64,000 nt of DNA from Vulcanimicrobiota bacterium (GCA_963812135.1 CAWETU010000001.1:480001-544000); one strand, 5' to 3'. Counted from the first letter of the stretch, positions 52,889-62,190 are shown. Notes: a model not told the origin generated them from the sequence alone. Numbers and translations are program-made.

Positions 52889-54064
52889 ATGCAGGAATTG
52901 CTCATGATTCCGGGCCCCGTCACCGTGGCGCCGGATGTTTTAGCTGCGTCGTCGCAGCCGATGCGCAACCATCGCGGCCCGTTCGCGGCGGGAGTCTACG
53001 CACGGCTTGGCGAGCGGCTTAAAAATGTTTTCCAGACCGCACAGCCGGTGTTGCTGCTCGGCTCGTCCGGCACGGGAGCCATGGAGGCGACGATCGTCAA
53101 TCTGTTCTCGCCGGGCGATCGTTTGCTGGCGATGCCGATGGGCGCGTTCGGCGACCGGCACATCGCGATCGCGCGAGCGTACGGTGCGGACGTCGAGGTC
53201 ATCGAGACCGAGTGGGGCGACAAGGTCGACCCTGCGCGCCTGCGCGACCGTTTGGCGCAAGACCGGTCGGGCGATATCAAAGGCGTCTTGGTCACGCACA
53301 ACGAGACGTCGACCGGCGTGCAATCCGATCTTGAGGCGCTGGCACGCGCGCGCGGCGACCACCCCGCGCTGCTCGTGGTGGACGCGGTCAGCAGCGTCGG
53401 TGCGGTGGATCTACGCATGGACGAATGGGCGCTGGATGCTGTGATCGGCGCTTCACAAAAGGCGCTTGCCGGCGTGCCCGGGGCGGCCATGATCTCGTTG
53501 AGCGAACGCGCTTGGAAAGCGGCCGAAACCGCGCGCATGCCCCGGTTTTACTTCGATGTGCGCAAGGCGCGGGCGGCCGCCGAGAAAGGCCAAACCCCCT
53601 GGACACCCCCCTTCAGCGTCCTATTGGGTCTCGAACAGGCGACCGATAACTATGCTAAGGAGGGGCGGCTTTTCGCCTTCGCCCGCCACGCCCGTTTCGC
53701 CGAGGCGATTCGCGCGGGGTGTGCCGCGATGGGTCTGCGCATCTTTGCGCGTCCAGGCGCGCATTCGAACACGGTGACCGCCGTGTCCGGACCGGCCGGC
53801 ACCGACCACAAGGCTTTGCAGCAGACGCTGCGCGAGAAGCATGGGGTCGTCGTCGGCGGCGGGCAGATGAAGTTGGAAGGCACGATTCTCCGGATCGGCA
53901 ACATGGGCGCCATCGGGCGCGACGACATCCTCACCGTGCTCGCAGCGCTCGAAACCGCGCTGCGTGAGAGCGGGGTCGCAGTGTCGCCTGGTGCCGGCAT
54001 CGCAGCTGCGAACGCCGTGTTCGCGCGAACGGAAGCCGCGCAGCCTCGCCTCGCGGTCGGATAG
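52889..54064 (+). CDS. Class V PLP aminotransferase (serine-pyruvate/alanine-glyoxylate family)
   Basis: MIPGP, SGTGAME, HNETSTG, VDAVSS, ASQKAL, RIGNMG. Confidence 0.92.
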   Translation: MQELLMIPGPVTVAPDVLAASSQPMRNHRGPFAAGVYARLGERLKNVFQTAQPVLLLGSSGTGAMEATIVNLFSPGDRLLAMPMGAFGDRHIAIARAYGADVEVIETEWGDKVDPARLRDRLAQDRSGDIKGVLVTHNETSTGVQSDLEALARARGDHPALLVVDAVSSVGAVDLRMDEWALDAVIGASQKALAGVPGAAMISLSERAWKAAETARMPRFYFDVRKARAAAEKGQTPWTPPFSVLLGLEQATDNYAKEGRLFAFARHARFAEAIRAGCAAMGLRIFARPGAHSNTVTAVSGPAGTDHKALQQTLREKHGVVVGGGQMKLEGTILRIGNMGAIGRDDILTVLAALETALRESGVAVSPGAGIAAANAVFARTEAAQPRLAVG

Positions 54065-54084
54065 CGTAAGGAGTCATAGCTGCC

Positions 54085-55548
54085 GTGAATCGTAAGCTTT
54101 ACTTGACGACGATGTCGCGCGCGCTCGCCGTGCTCGCCGCGCTGGCGTGCACCGCGGTCGCGATCATCCCTGGCGTTCCCGCGGCGCGCGGCGCCGGCAC
54201 GGTCGCCCTCGCGGTCATCTCACCTGAGAATAGCGGCGCTGTCACGCCTGCAATCTTGTCGCAAGTCGCCCAAGCCATGTACGACGGCGTCGTCGCTAGC
54301 GGACGATATGACGTGAAGGGCGGCGGGCCGCTCAAGATCCAACTCGCCTCCGACGGCGACGCGCTCGCCGCGGCGTTGTCGGCGGGCAGCAAAGCCGAAG
54401 CCGACCAAGTGCTCATCACCGACGTGCTCAAGGTCACCAACGGCAAGATCCTTTACCGCATGACGATCTACAGGATCGACCCGGTGACGTTCGGCCGGTC
54501 ACAAGTCTTCCAGCAGCCGTTCCCGCCGACCGATGCGCACGTGTTCTCATCGCAGTTCGGCAGCGACCTCGCCGCGCTCGAGGCGCCGCGCACCAACACC
54601 GGCACGATCTACGCGGTCGAAGCGTCCGGCGTGTACACCGACACCGGCGCGGCCAACGGGTTCCACCTCGGCCAGCGCTTCAACGTCGTGCGCCTCGGCA
54701 AGAAAGTCGCCGAAGCGCAGATCAGCGGGATCACCGACGTCAACGCGACCATCGAAATCCTGAACCCGACCCCGAGCTACCGGCCGGAGGTCGGCGATCT
54801 TCTGATCAGCCAAGAACCTGGCCCCGCGATTCCGGTCAACAACACGATGACGAAGAGCGGCGGCAACGGCGCGTTGGATGTCATCGCGCTGCTGGTCGGC
54901 GCCGGCGCTGCGCTCTTGGCGATCGGCCACCACGGCAATCCGGCTACTTTGGACTGCCCACCACCGACGCCGTCCGGATCGTCGTGCGTGAGCCCGTCGC
55001 CGACGGGCACTGGTGCGGGAAGCTTCACGGTCATCGAAAGCAGTGTGGTCGCACCGAACCAGCGCATACCGACGTTCACCTTCATCTTCAGCAAGCCCGT
55101 ACAAAACGCGGCGACCTTCGACTTCACAAGCATCGGTCAGATATACGTCCTCGATCAGGTACCACCGAACCCCGCGGGACCGCCTGGATCTGTCAGCGGG
55201 TTCGCGGGTGCGGGTGCGACGGCATCGTTCGACGGAACTGGCACGACGCTCACAGTCGCCGTCAGCAGTGCGCTCACGCCTGGGCACGCATACTTCATCA
55301 ACTTCACGGCCGGCGTCTTGGCGACGGACTCGACGATGCTAACGCCGGCGAGCTTCCGCTATCCTTCATCGGGTACGATCACCTCGGCCTTCATCCACCC
55401 GATGCCGGGTGTGAAGGCGAACGCGCCAGTGTCCAATCCTAATGGAGGCAATGGCCAGGGCGGCAGCAATAATGGTAATAGCGGCAACAACGGACCGAAG
55501 GGTCCGCCGCCTCAGCCTGGCGGCCATGGGCCGCATTCTGGACAATAA
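54085..55548 (+). CDS. Secreted multidomain hypothetical protein (FlgT-C-like and Ig-like segments)
   Basis: Signal peptide; DTGAANGFHLGQRFNVVR; FIFSKPV...LTPGHAYFINF; G/N/P-rich tail. Confidence 0.6.
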   Translation: MNRKLYLTTMSRALAVLAALACTAVAIIPGVPAARGAGTVALAVISPENSGAVTPAILSQVAQAMYDGVVASGRYDVKGGGPLKIQLASDGDALAAALSAGSKAEADQVLITDVLKVTNGKILYRMTIYRIDPVTFGRSQVFQQPFPPTDAHVFSSQFGSDLAALEAPRTNTGTIYAVEASGVYTDTGAANGFHLGQRFNVVRLGKKVAEAQISGITDVNATIEILNPTPSYRPEVGDLLISQEPGPAIPVNNTMTKSGGNGALDVIALLVGAGAALLAIGHHGNPATLDCPPPTPSGSSCVSPSPTGTGAGSFTVIESSVVAPNQRIPTFTFIFSKPVQNAATFDFTSIGQIYVLDQVPPNPAGPPGSVSGFAGAGATASFDGTGTTLTVAVSSALTPGHAYFINFTAGVLATDSTMLTPASFRYPSSGTITSAFIHPMPGVKANAPVSNPNGGNGQGGSNNGNSGNNGPKGPPPQPGGHGPHSGQ

Positions 55549-55560
55549 GCGAGAACAGCT

Positions 55561-55617
55561 GTAGAACCCGAGCTAGTTTCGGGTGCGCCTCGGGCGAACG
55601 CTCGAGGCTCTTTTTTT
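55561..55617 (+). repeat. REP-like double hairpin, family B, with T tract (likely terminator)
   Basis: GTAG-AACCCGAG-CTAGT-TTCGGGT-GC-GCCTCGGGC-GAAC-GCTCGAGGC-TC-T7. Confidence 0.65.
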
Positions 55618-56143
55618 ACAGCCGGTGGTGCAGCATGTACGGGCGCACGATCGGCCGGTAGAGACGCGGCGACATCGAGATCACGACATCGTTGATCGCC
55701 GGATAATAGCGGTCGAAGCCGTTGGCGATCGGGGAATGACGCAGCGTGTCGCGCACCTGCGAATCGATCGGCAAGAACAGCGCGAAATACAGCAATGCGA
55801 AAAAGGTCGCCAACACTTTGGCGCTCGCGATCAGCCCGCCGCCGATGCCGCTCACCAGCGCCGTACCGCGCCACTCGCGGTGCTGGACGTAGAAGCCGAG
55901 CGCGCGCAATGCGGCGTACACGAACAAGAAGACGATCCAAAACGCCATCAGGTGGCGCGACGCTTCGGACAAGGGCCATGTCGGCGGCAGCCCGGACGCG
56001 AACCCGCCCGACCACATGCCCCCGAGCAACGCCGCGAAGACGAGCGAGCCGACGTCGAAGAACTCAGGGATGAGCCCGGTGCGCCAGCCGCACGCAAACG
56101 CGATCGCCAACGTGAGCAACGCGAGACCGTCGATCCACGTCAC
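55616..56143 (-). CDS. CvpA family membrane protein
   Basis: WIDGL..., GWRTGLIPE, four TMs, GGLI...K, SPI; downstream of pheT. Confidence 0.8.
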   Translation of the reverse strand: MTWIDGLALLTLAIAFACGWRTGLIPEFFDVGSLVFAALLGGMWSGGFASGLPPTWPLSEASRHLMAFWIVFLFVYAALRALGFYVQHREWRGTALVSGIGGGLIASAKVLATFFALLYFALFLPIDSQVRDTLRHSPIANGFDRYYPAINDVVISMSPRLYRPIVRPYMLHHRL

Positions 56144-58623
56144 GACGCGTCGCCCCGCAGCGTCGCGCCGAAGCGCTCGCGCACTGCGTTGATGATCAGC
56201 GCCATCGCGGCGTCCGCCTCAGCATCGGTGATGGTGGTGTCGAGCTTACGCAGCCGCACGGTCAACGCCACGCTCTTCTTGCCGGCAGGCACTTGCGGAC
56301 CGCGGTACTCGTCGAACGCGCGGACGTCTTCGAATGCAGGCGCGCCGGCGGCTCGCACCGCCATCATGAGTTGGCCCGCCTCGACCGAGGCGTCCACGAC
56401 GACCGCGATATCGCGCTGCGTTCCCGGGAATTTCGGCAACGGGCGATACGCGAGGACCGGTCTCGTCGCCGGCAGATTTTCCAGGTGCAGCATGAAGGCG
56501 TAACTGCGCTGCGGCAGATCGTATGCGGCCGCAAGCCGCGGGTGCAGGCGTCCGAATTTCGCCACCGGCCGATCATGGATCTCGATCGTGCCGCTCGCGC
56601 CCGGATGGAAATAGCCGCGGGCTTTGGAGCGCGTCTCACCCGGCGTGCCGGCAAGCATCGTGACGAGCGCCTCAGCCTCACCTTTGACCTGGAGGAGCCG
56701 CCGGTCGATGGCGGCGTTCTCGCTCGCATCGTCGGCGAAGACCGTTAACGCGCACAATGAAGGCCACTCGATGACGCCGGCCGTTTCATAGGCGCCTGCC
56801 ACCGGCAACGGAACATCGTTCGATGGATCGTGATGGTGGGCGTGCGCCGGCTCGCCTTCGGCTTGCCGGAAGATGTGGCCGATCTCGAACAGCCGCAGCT
56901 GGCCGCCGGCGTGCTTCCACGAACGCGCGGCGATCTCGAGCACGCCGGGCAACAGGCTCGGCCGCAAAAAGCGCTGCTCGTCCGACAACGGATTGACCAC
57001 CGGCACCGGTGTTTTCCAAAACGGCAGGCCGGAGCGCTCCCACGCGGCGATCGTGCGGCTGCCTTGGAGCGCGAGCGCGACGACTTCGTGATAGCCGAGC
57101 GCGGCAGCCCGGTGCGCGAGCAAAGTCTCTTGATCGAACAGGCTCTCGTCGACGTCCTGCGGCGATGCGTTGTCGCGTCGCTCGGCGATCGAGTAGAAAC
57201 CCACGCCGCGCGCGATCTCCTCGACGACGTCGATCTCGTCGTTGACGTCGCCGCGCCAGTACGGCGGGGTCACTTGGAGCGGCGCGTTTCCCTTGACGGT
57301 GAAGCCGATCGTCGCAAGCGTTTGCGCCATCGCATCGCTGCTCAGATCCGTGCCGAGCACGTGATTCACGCGCACGGGGCGCACCGCGATCTTCTTCGGC
57401 GCGCGTTCGCGCTGCCCGACATCGATGACGCGCGACGGCACCGCGCCCGCGGCGACGAGCAGCGCCGCTGCGGCGCGGCGTCCGAGCTCGGGATACTCGA
57501 GCGGCAGATCTTTCTCGTGGCGCGCGCTGGCTTCGGTGCGTAACCCGAGCGCGACCGCGGCGCGACGCACCGCGGCGCCCGCGAAGTTGGCCGCTTCGAT
57601 GAACAGTTCGGTCGTCGAGTCGGCGACGCCAGAGCTCTCGCCGCCGAACACGCCGGCGACGCCCACCACGCCCTGCGCGTCTGCGATGACGGGCGCGCCG
57701 AGCGGCAGCGGGCGGACGACCCCGTCGAGCGTGACGACGCTTTCGCCCTCGCGCGCGCCGCGCGCCGCGAGGACGCCGCCGCGGATGCGCGCGGCGTCAT
57801 AGAAGTGCAGCGGCTGGCCCGTCTCGAGCATCGCATAATTCGAGATGTCGACGAGCAGATCGATGCTGCGGATGCCGGCGGCGTGCAGCCGGAGCGTCAG
57901 CCACATCGGCGAGCGCCGCGCGCGTACGCCGCTGAATTGTTGGCCGACGAAACGCCGGCACAGCGCCTCATCGTCGATGGATACCTTGATCGCAGGCGCG
58001 GCGGTGCCGGCGTTCTCTTCGAATTGCGGCTCGCGCCACGGCACGCCGAGGCCGGCAGCGACTTCGCGCGCCAAGCCGATGATCGACAAACAGTCGGGGC
58101 GGTTCGACGGCACCTCCACATCGAGCACCGCGCCGCCGAAGCGGACGGCGCGCCAAAAATCCTCGCCGATCGGTGCGTCGTCGTCCAGGATGAGGATGCC
58201 GTCTTCGAACTCGCCCGGCAGCGCGAGTTCGGTCGACGAGCACATCATGCCGTTCGATTGGACGCCGCGCAACGCGCTCGCGCTGATCGTCTTGGTCGAT
58301 CCCGCTGCGCCGTCGGTCGCGCCGTGTTCGTACACCTCCGCGCCGACCAGCGCGATCGGCACGCGATTGCCGGCCGCGACGTTATCGGCGCCGGTGACGA
58401 TCTGCAGGCGCTCGTTGCCGACGTCGACGGTGCCGACGAGCAGGCGATCGGCGTTCGGATGGCGCTCGAGCGACTCGACCTTGCCGACCACGATGCGCGC
58501 CGGCGTCGGCTGCGGTTCGATGGCGTCGACGACGAAGCCGCGCGCAGTCAACACGTCGGCGATCGCGCGCGCGTCAGCGGATGTCTGGACGTGCTCGGTG
58601 AGCCACGAAAGCGGCACGCGCAT
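56140..58623 (-). CDS. pheT: Phenylalanyl-tRNA synthetase beta subunit
   Basis: MRVPLSWL, HPNADRL, NRPDCLS, GQPLHFYD, LRPSLLPG, RDIAVVV, KKSVAL. Confidence 0.97.
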   Translation of the reverse strand: MRVPLSWLTEHVQTSADARAIADVLTARGFVVDAIEPQPTPARIVVGKVESLERHPNADRLLVGTVDVGNERLQIVTGADNVAAGNRVPIALVGAEVYEHGATDGAAGSTKTISASALRGVQSNGMMCSSTELALPGEFEDGILILDDDAPIGEDFWRAVRFGGAVLDVEVPSNRPDCLSIIGLAREVAAGLGVPWREPQFEENAGTAAPAIKVSIDDEALCRRFVGQQFSGVRARRSPMWLTLRLHAAGIRSIDLLVDISNYAMLETGQPLHFYDAARIRGGVLAARGAREGESVVTLDGVVRPLPLGAPVIADAQGVVGVAGVFGGESSGVADSTTELFIEAANFAGAAVRRAAVALGLRTEASARHEKDLPLEYPELGRRAAAALLVAAGAVPSRVIDVGQRERAPKKIAVRPVRVNHVLGTDLSSDAMAQTLATIGFTVKGNAPLQVTPPYWRGDVNDEIDVVEEIARGVGFYSIAERRDNASPQDVDESLFDQETLLAHRAAALGYHEVVALALQGSRTIAAWERSGLPFWKTPVPVVNPLSDEQRFLRPSLLPGVLEIAARSWKHAGGQLRLFEIGHIFRQAEGEPAHAHHHDPSNDVPLPVAGAYETAGVIEWPSLCALTVFADDASENAAIDRRLLQVKGEAEALVTMLAGTPGETRSKARGYFHPGASGTIEIHDRPVAKFGRLHPRLAAAYDLPQRSYAFMLHLENLPATRPVLAYRPLPKFPGTQRDIAVVVDASVEAGQLMMAVRAAGAPAFEDVRAFDEYRGPQVPAGKKSVALTVRLRKLDTTITDAEADAAMALIINAVRERFGATLRGDAS

Positions 58624-59645
58624 CAGGCGAACTGCTCCAAGAAAGCGGGATCGTTCTCCGTGAACAGCCGGATGTCGTCGATGCAGTGTCGCAGCATCGT
58701 GATGCGCTCGATGCCCAGGCCCCACGCCCAGCCGGTGAATTCTTCCGGATCGTAGCCTGCCAGACGCAGCACGTTCGGATGCACCATCCCGCAGCCGCCC
58801 ATCTCGAGCCAGCCCGAACCTTTGCACACGCGACACCCGGCGCCGTCGCACGTCGCGCACGAAAGGTCGATCTCTGCCGACGGTTCGGTGAACGGGAAAT
58901 ACGACGGCCGAAAGCGCGTGCGCCGCGATTTACCCATGAGATGGCGGCACAGATCGCTTGCAAATCCTTTGAGGTGGCCGAACGTGACGCCGCGATCGAC
59001 GTGCAGACCTTCGATCTGGTGGAACATGAACGAGTGGCTGGCGTCGAGCGCATCGCGCCGATACGCCTTGCCGGGTACGAGCACCGCGAGCGGCGGCGGG
59101 TACGTCTGCATCGCGCGCATCTGCACGGGCGACGTGTGCGGGCGAAGCAGCGTCCCCGGTGGGAGATAGAACGTGTCCATGCCTTCGCGCGCTGGATGAT
59201 CGGCCGGGATGTTCATCGCTTCAAACGCGTAGAACTCGGTCTCGACCTCGGGTCCGGTGATCACCGCGAAGCCGCGCGAGCGGAAATACGCCGCGACATC
59301 TTCGAGCGTGCTGCGCAGCGGGTGGATGCTGCCGATGCGTGGGGGAATCGCGCTGAGCGTGACGTCGTAGCGCTGGCCGAGCTCGCCGGCGAGTGCCTTG
59401 TCTTCGATGCGCGACTGCGCCTGCGCCAGCGCCGCTTCGATTGCCGCCTTCGCCTCGTTCGCCGCCTTGCCGAACGCGGCGCGGTCGTCCGCTGGAAGTT
59501 TGGCGAGGCTCGCCATGGCCGCGGACAGCTTGCCGCCCTTGCGCCCCAAGAACGCCGTGCGCAGCGCCTCGACGTCCTCCATGGTGGAGGCCGCAGCCGC
59601 GCGCTCGCGCGCCTCGTCCTGGAGCTGTTTTAGTTGGTCGCTCAC
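58623..59645 (-). CDS. pheS: Phenylalanyl-tRNA synthetase alpha subunit
   Basis: HPAR..DTFY, HTSPVQ, FHQIEG, FPFTEPS, GLGIER. Confidence 0.98.
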   Translation of the reverse strand: MSDQLKQLQDEARERAAAASTMEDVEALRTAFLGRKGGKLSAAMASLAKLPADDRAAFGKAANEAKAAIEAALAQAQSRIEDKALAGELGQRYDVTLSAIPPRIGSIHPLRSTLEDVAAYFRSRGFAVITGPEVETEFYAFEAMNIPADHPAREGMDTFYLPPGTLLRPHTSPVQMRAMQTYPPPLAVLVPGKAYRRDALDASHSFMFHQIEGLHVDRGVTFGHLKGFASDLCRHLMGKSRRTRFRPSYFPFTEPSAEIDLSCATCDGAGCRVCKGSGWLEMGGCGMVHPNVLRLAGYDPEEFTGWAWGLGIERITMLRHCIDDIRLFTENDPAFLEQFA

Positions 59646-59667
59646 ATCGTCTCGCTCACGCCGCCCC

Positions 59668-59701
59668 GAAATACAAAGATGGCCGCATCTCTGCGGCCAC
59701 C
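59668..59701 (-). terminator. Intrinsic terminator-like hairpin between the yqzL-like gene and pheS
   Basis: GGTGGCCGCA-GAGA-TGCGGCCATC followed by TTTGTATTT. Confidence 0.7.
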
Positions 59702-59725
59702 GTACATAGAAGAAACTCGATTATC

Positions 59726-59824
59726 CTAGTGGGACCCTGATGGTGCCATTCGGCGGTAGATGAGATACGCTTTGACGGAGCCAGTGGTGATGAACAAGTT
59801 CCAAAACAGCACTGGTGAAAGCAT
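59726..59824 (-). CDS. 32-aa YqzL-like small protein
   Basis: AAGGAGGT 12 nt upstream; MLSPVLFWNLFITTGSVKAYLIYRRMAPSGSH*, matching the W..F..TG....YL.Y/F pattern. Confidence 0.75.
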   Translation of the reverse strand: MLSPVLFWNLFITTGSVKAYLIYRRMAPSGSH

Positions 59825-59867
59825 CCGGATTTCCAGACCTCCTTCGTACTCCTGTTCGCCGGACCTG

Positions 59868-59896
59868 AGTATAACATAGGTACGTACGCATAACAA
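59868..59896 (-). promoter_or_regulatory. Promoter of the yqzL-like gene/pheST
   Basis: TTGTTA-17 nt-TATACT with extended TG. Confidence 0.7.
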
Positions 59897-59933
59897 GGGT
59901 GTGGAGGACTTGACATTTTACCGAACTTTGTTC

Positions 59934-60755
59934 TCACTGTTCAGCGCTTAGTTGAGATCCACGACGCGCCAATTCGTAGAGCAATATCGAGCCTGCGACG
60001 GCGACGTTGAGCGACTCGCCTTGCGGGCGCTGCGGTATCCCGACCGTGAGGGCGACCGCATCAGCTGGGAGCGCGCTCAGCCCCCGGCGCTCGTTTCCCA
60101 GGATCAACGCGCTGCGGGCCGGCGGCTGGACCGAACGTATGTCCGGTGCGCCGGCGGCGGCGCCGACGCCCTTCATGCCGATCTGTTCCAGGGACTTGGC
60201 GAGTTCAGGCCACGCCTCGTAGCGCACGATGGGTACTCGAAACAACGCTCCCATGGTCGCTCGCACAAGCTTATCGTTGTACGGCTCGACCGATTCGGGA
60301 CCGAAGCAGACCGCCCGCACGCCGAACGCCTCGGCGGTGCGCACGAGCGTGCCGGCATTGCCCGGATCGTCAAGATCGTGGAGCACGAGAATCGTCGCCG
60401 GACCGTCGGCCGGCACGAGCGCTGCGAGATCCTCCGGACCCTTACGTTCGACAAAGGGGACTTGCGCGACAATGCCCTGCGGCGCGCGCGTCTGCGCAAG
60501 CGAAACCAACGTGCGCTCGTCGACGGTGTACACGGGCACACCCGCGGCCTCGGCCGCAGCGGCGGACGCATCGCTCGCCGCGCTGCGTTCGGGCAGATAG
60601 AAAAGGGCGGTGGGCATCGCGTCGGCATCGAGCGCCGCGCTCACCAACGCCGGCCCCTCAATGAGAAAGCACCGCGCGCTGGCGCGATGCTTTTTCGAGT
60701 GCAGAAGACGGGCTGCGCGGACGTGCGGACTATGGAAGCCCGCCGTCACCGCCAT
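59934..60755 (-). CDS. TrmH/SpoU family RNA methyltransferase
   Basis: DPGNAGTLVRTA, RATMGALF, LGNERRG, ESLNVAVA. Confidence 0.93.
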   Translation of the reverse strand: MAVTAGFHSPHVRAARLLHSKKHRASARCFLIEGPALVSAALDADAMPTALFYLPERSAASDASAAAAEAAGVPVYTVDERTLVSLAQTRAPQGIVAQVPFVERKGPEDLAALVPADGPATILVLHDLDDPGNAGTLVRTAEAFGVRAVCFGPESVEPYNDKLVRATMGALFRVPIVRYEAWPELAKSLEQIGMKGVGAAAGAPDIRSVQPPARSALILGNERRGLSALPADAVALTVGIPQRPQGESLNVAVAGSILLYELARRGSQLSAEQ

Positions 60756-60759
60756 GCGT

Positions 60760-61134
60760 CTAAGCTCCGGCGGCTGCCGCCGGAACGTGCTTCTTCGCGA
60801 TCTCGAGCAGCCGTCCGAATGCGGCTTGGTCGTTGATCGCGAGGTCGGCGAGCACTTTGCGGTTGATCGCCAGGCCTTCTTTCTTGAGCCCGCTCATGAG
60901 CCGGCTGTAGGTGAGCCCTTCGCGCCGCGCCGCGGCGTTGATGCGCGCGATCCACAGCGCGCGGAAATCGCGCTTGCGGACGCGCCGGTCGCGAAACGCA
61001 TACGTCAGCGAGTGCAGCAGCGCTTCGTTCGCTGCTTTGTACGTCCGGCCGCGGGCACCCCGGAAGCCTTTGACGGCCTTGAGCACCTTGCGTCGCTTGT
61101 TGAGCGACATCATCCCGCGTTTCACGCGTGCCAT
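60760..61134 (-). CDS. rplT: 50S ribosomal protein L20
   Basis: MARVKRG, YAFRDR..RKRDFR.LWI.RINAA. Confidence 0.98.
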   Translation of the reverse strand: MARVKRGMMSLNKRRKVLKAVKGFRGARGRTYKAANEALLHSLTYAFRDRRVRKRDFRALWIARINAAARREGLTYSRLMSGLKKEGLAINRKVLADLAINDQAAFGRLLEIAKKHVPAAAAGA

Positions 61135-61152
61135 AATCTAATTTCCTTATAT

Positions 61153-61194
61153 GTAGCGGTCGAATTTGTTTCGACCGTTGAATTTATTCGACCG
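61153..61194 (+). repeat. REP-like palindrome, family A, in the rpmI-rplT spacer
   Basis: GTAG-CGGTCGAA-TTTGT-TTCGACCG followed by TTGAATTTATTCGACCG. Confidence 0.7.
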
Positions 61195-61195
61195 T

Positions 61196-61399
61196 TTATG
61201 CATACGGCAGATGGACTTGCAGCTTCTTCAGGTCCGTCTTGTCGACGAGGGTCTTCTTGCGGAACTTGCGGATCCGCTTGGGCGACTTCTTGGTGAGGAT
61301 ATGGCTGCATCCCGAGAACTGGCGCTCCCGGAGGAACTTCCCTGTCCCCGTTTTCTTGACGCGCTTCGCCGTCGCGCGGTGCGTTTTCAACTTAGGCAT
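61196..61399 (-). CDS. rpmI: 50S ribosomal protein L35
   Basis: MPKLKTHR...KKTGTGK...HILTKKS.KR. Confidence 0.97.
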   Translation of the reverse strand: MPKLKTHRATAKRVKKTGTGKFLRERQFSGCSHILTKKSPKRIRKFRKKTLVDKTDLKKLQVHLPYA

Positions 61400-62003
61400 T
61401 CTTGACCTCAACCTCAACTGGCTTTTCGTGGTGCTTGGCGGCCTCGGCGGCGATGTGCGCCGCTTTGGTCGCGCTGTGCGCAGCGACGACTTCCGGCTTC
61501 GGCGAGAGGATCATGAACATGTTGCGTCCCTCAAGCCGTGGCTCGCGCTCCACGATCGCGATCGGCGCGGTGTCTTGCGCCATGCGATCGAGCAGCCGCC
61601 TGCCGTGCTGCGAGTAGGAGATCTCTCGACCGCGGAACATGATCGTGACCTTCAGTTTATCGCCGTCCTGCAACAGCCGTTCGGCGGTATGGAACTTGGT
61701 CTGGTAGTCGTGTTCCTCGATCTTCGGACGGAGCTTGACCTCCTTGAGCTCCATCTTGTGCGACTTCTTTCGAGTCTCTCGGTCTTTCTTGTCCTGCTCG
61801 TATCGGAGCCGCCCGTAGTCATCGAGCCGGCAAACCGGCGGCGCTGCGGTGGGCGAGACTTCGATCAGGTCGACGCCGCGTTCGCGGGCTAACCGGATGG
61901 CGTCGTAGGTGGACATGATGCCGAGTTGGGCGCCGTCATCCGCGATCACGCGGACCTGGGGCACCCGGATCTGTTCGTTGACGCGGAGCGCTTTCGAGCT
62001 AAT
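61392..62003 (-). CDS. infC: Translation initiation factor IF-3 (ATT start)
   Basis: ATT-AGC-TCG-AAA...RVNEQIR, PPVCR, KEVKLRP, IMFRGRE; in-frame TGA TGA upstream. Confidence 0.95.
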   Translation of the reverse strand: MSSKALRVNEQIRVPQVRVIADDGAQLGIMSTYDAIRLARERGVDLIEVSPTAAPPVCRLDDYGRLRYEQDKKDRETRKKSHKMELKEVKLRPKIEEHDYQTKFHTAERLLQDGDKLKVTIMFRGREISYSQHGRRLLDRMAQDTAPIAIVEREPRLEGRNMFMILSPKPEVVAAHSATKAAHIAAEAAKHHEKPVEVEVKNA

Positions 62004-62058
62004 GGCGGGTGATTTCGCCGCGCGTCATCACGCTGGTATTCGTTGGCGACCTCCTCTA

Positions 62059-62185
62059 ATAAAAAAGCCTGCTGATGCAGGCTACCCTCAAAGCAAAGCG
62101 TGAGCTTTTGATTTTCGGCCTTCGTCTTTGCTGACCGGACTGGCAGCCGAGGCGCCGTCCGGTGCGAAGGGTAGTCGTAAGTGCC
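62059..62185 (-). ncRNA. L20 leader-like cis-regulatory RNA with terminator
   Basis: CTACCCT/AGGGTAG closing stem around ACCGGAC/GTCCGGT and AGCAAAG/CTTTGCT hairpins; terminator AGCCTGC-ATCA-GCAGGCT-T5; upstream of infC-rpmI-rplT. Confidence 0.72.
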
Positions 62186-62190
62186 TACGC

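Noticed and set aside
59650..59930. T-box riboswitch upstream of pheS
   Set aside because: No GGTGGNACC T-box or recognisable specifier stem; the space is taken by a small ORF
59910..59938. LexA box (GAAC-TTT-GTTC) and an antisense promoter starting TTGACA
   Set aside because: Spacer is 3 nt rather than 4; no credible -10 at 16-18 nt
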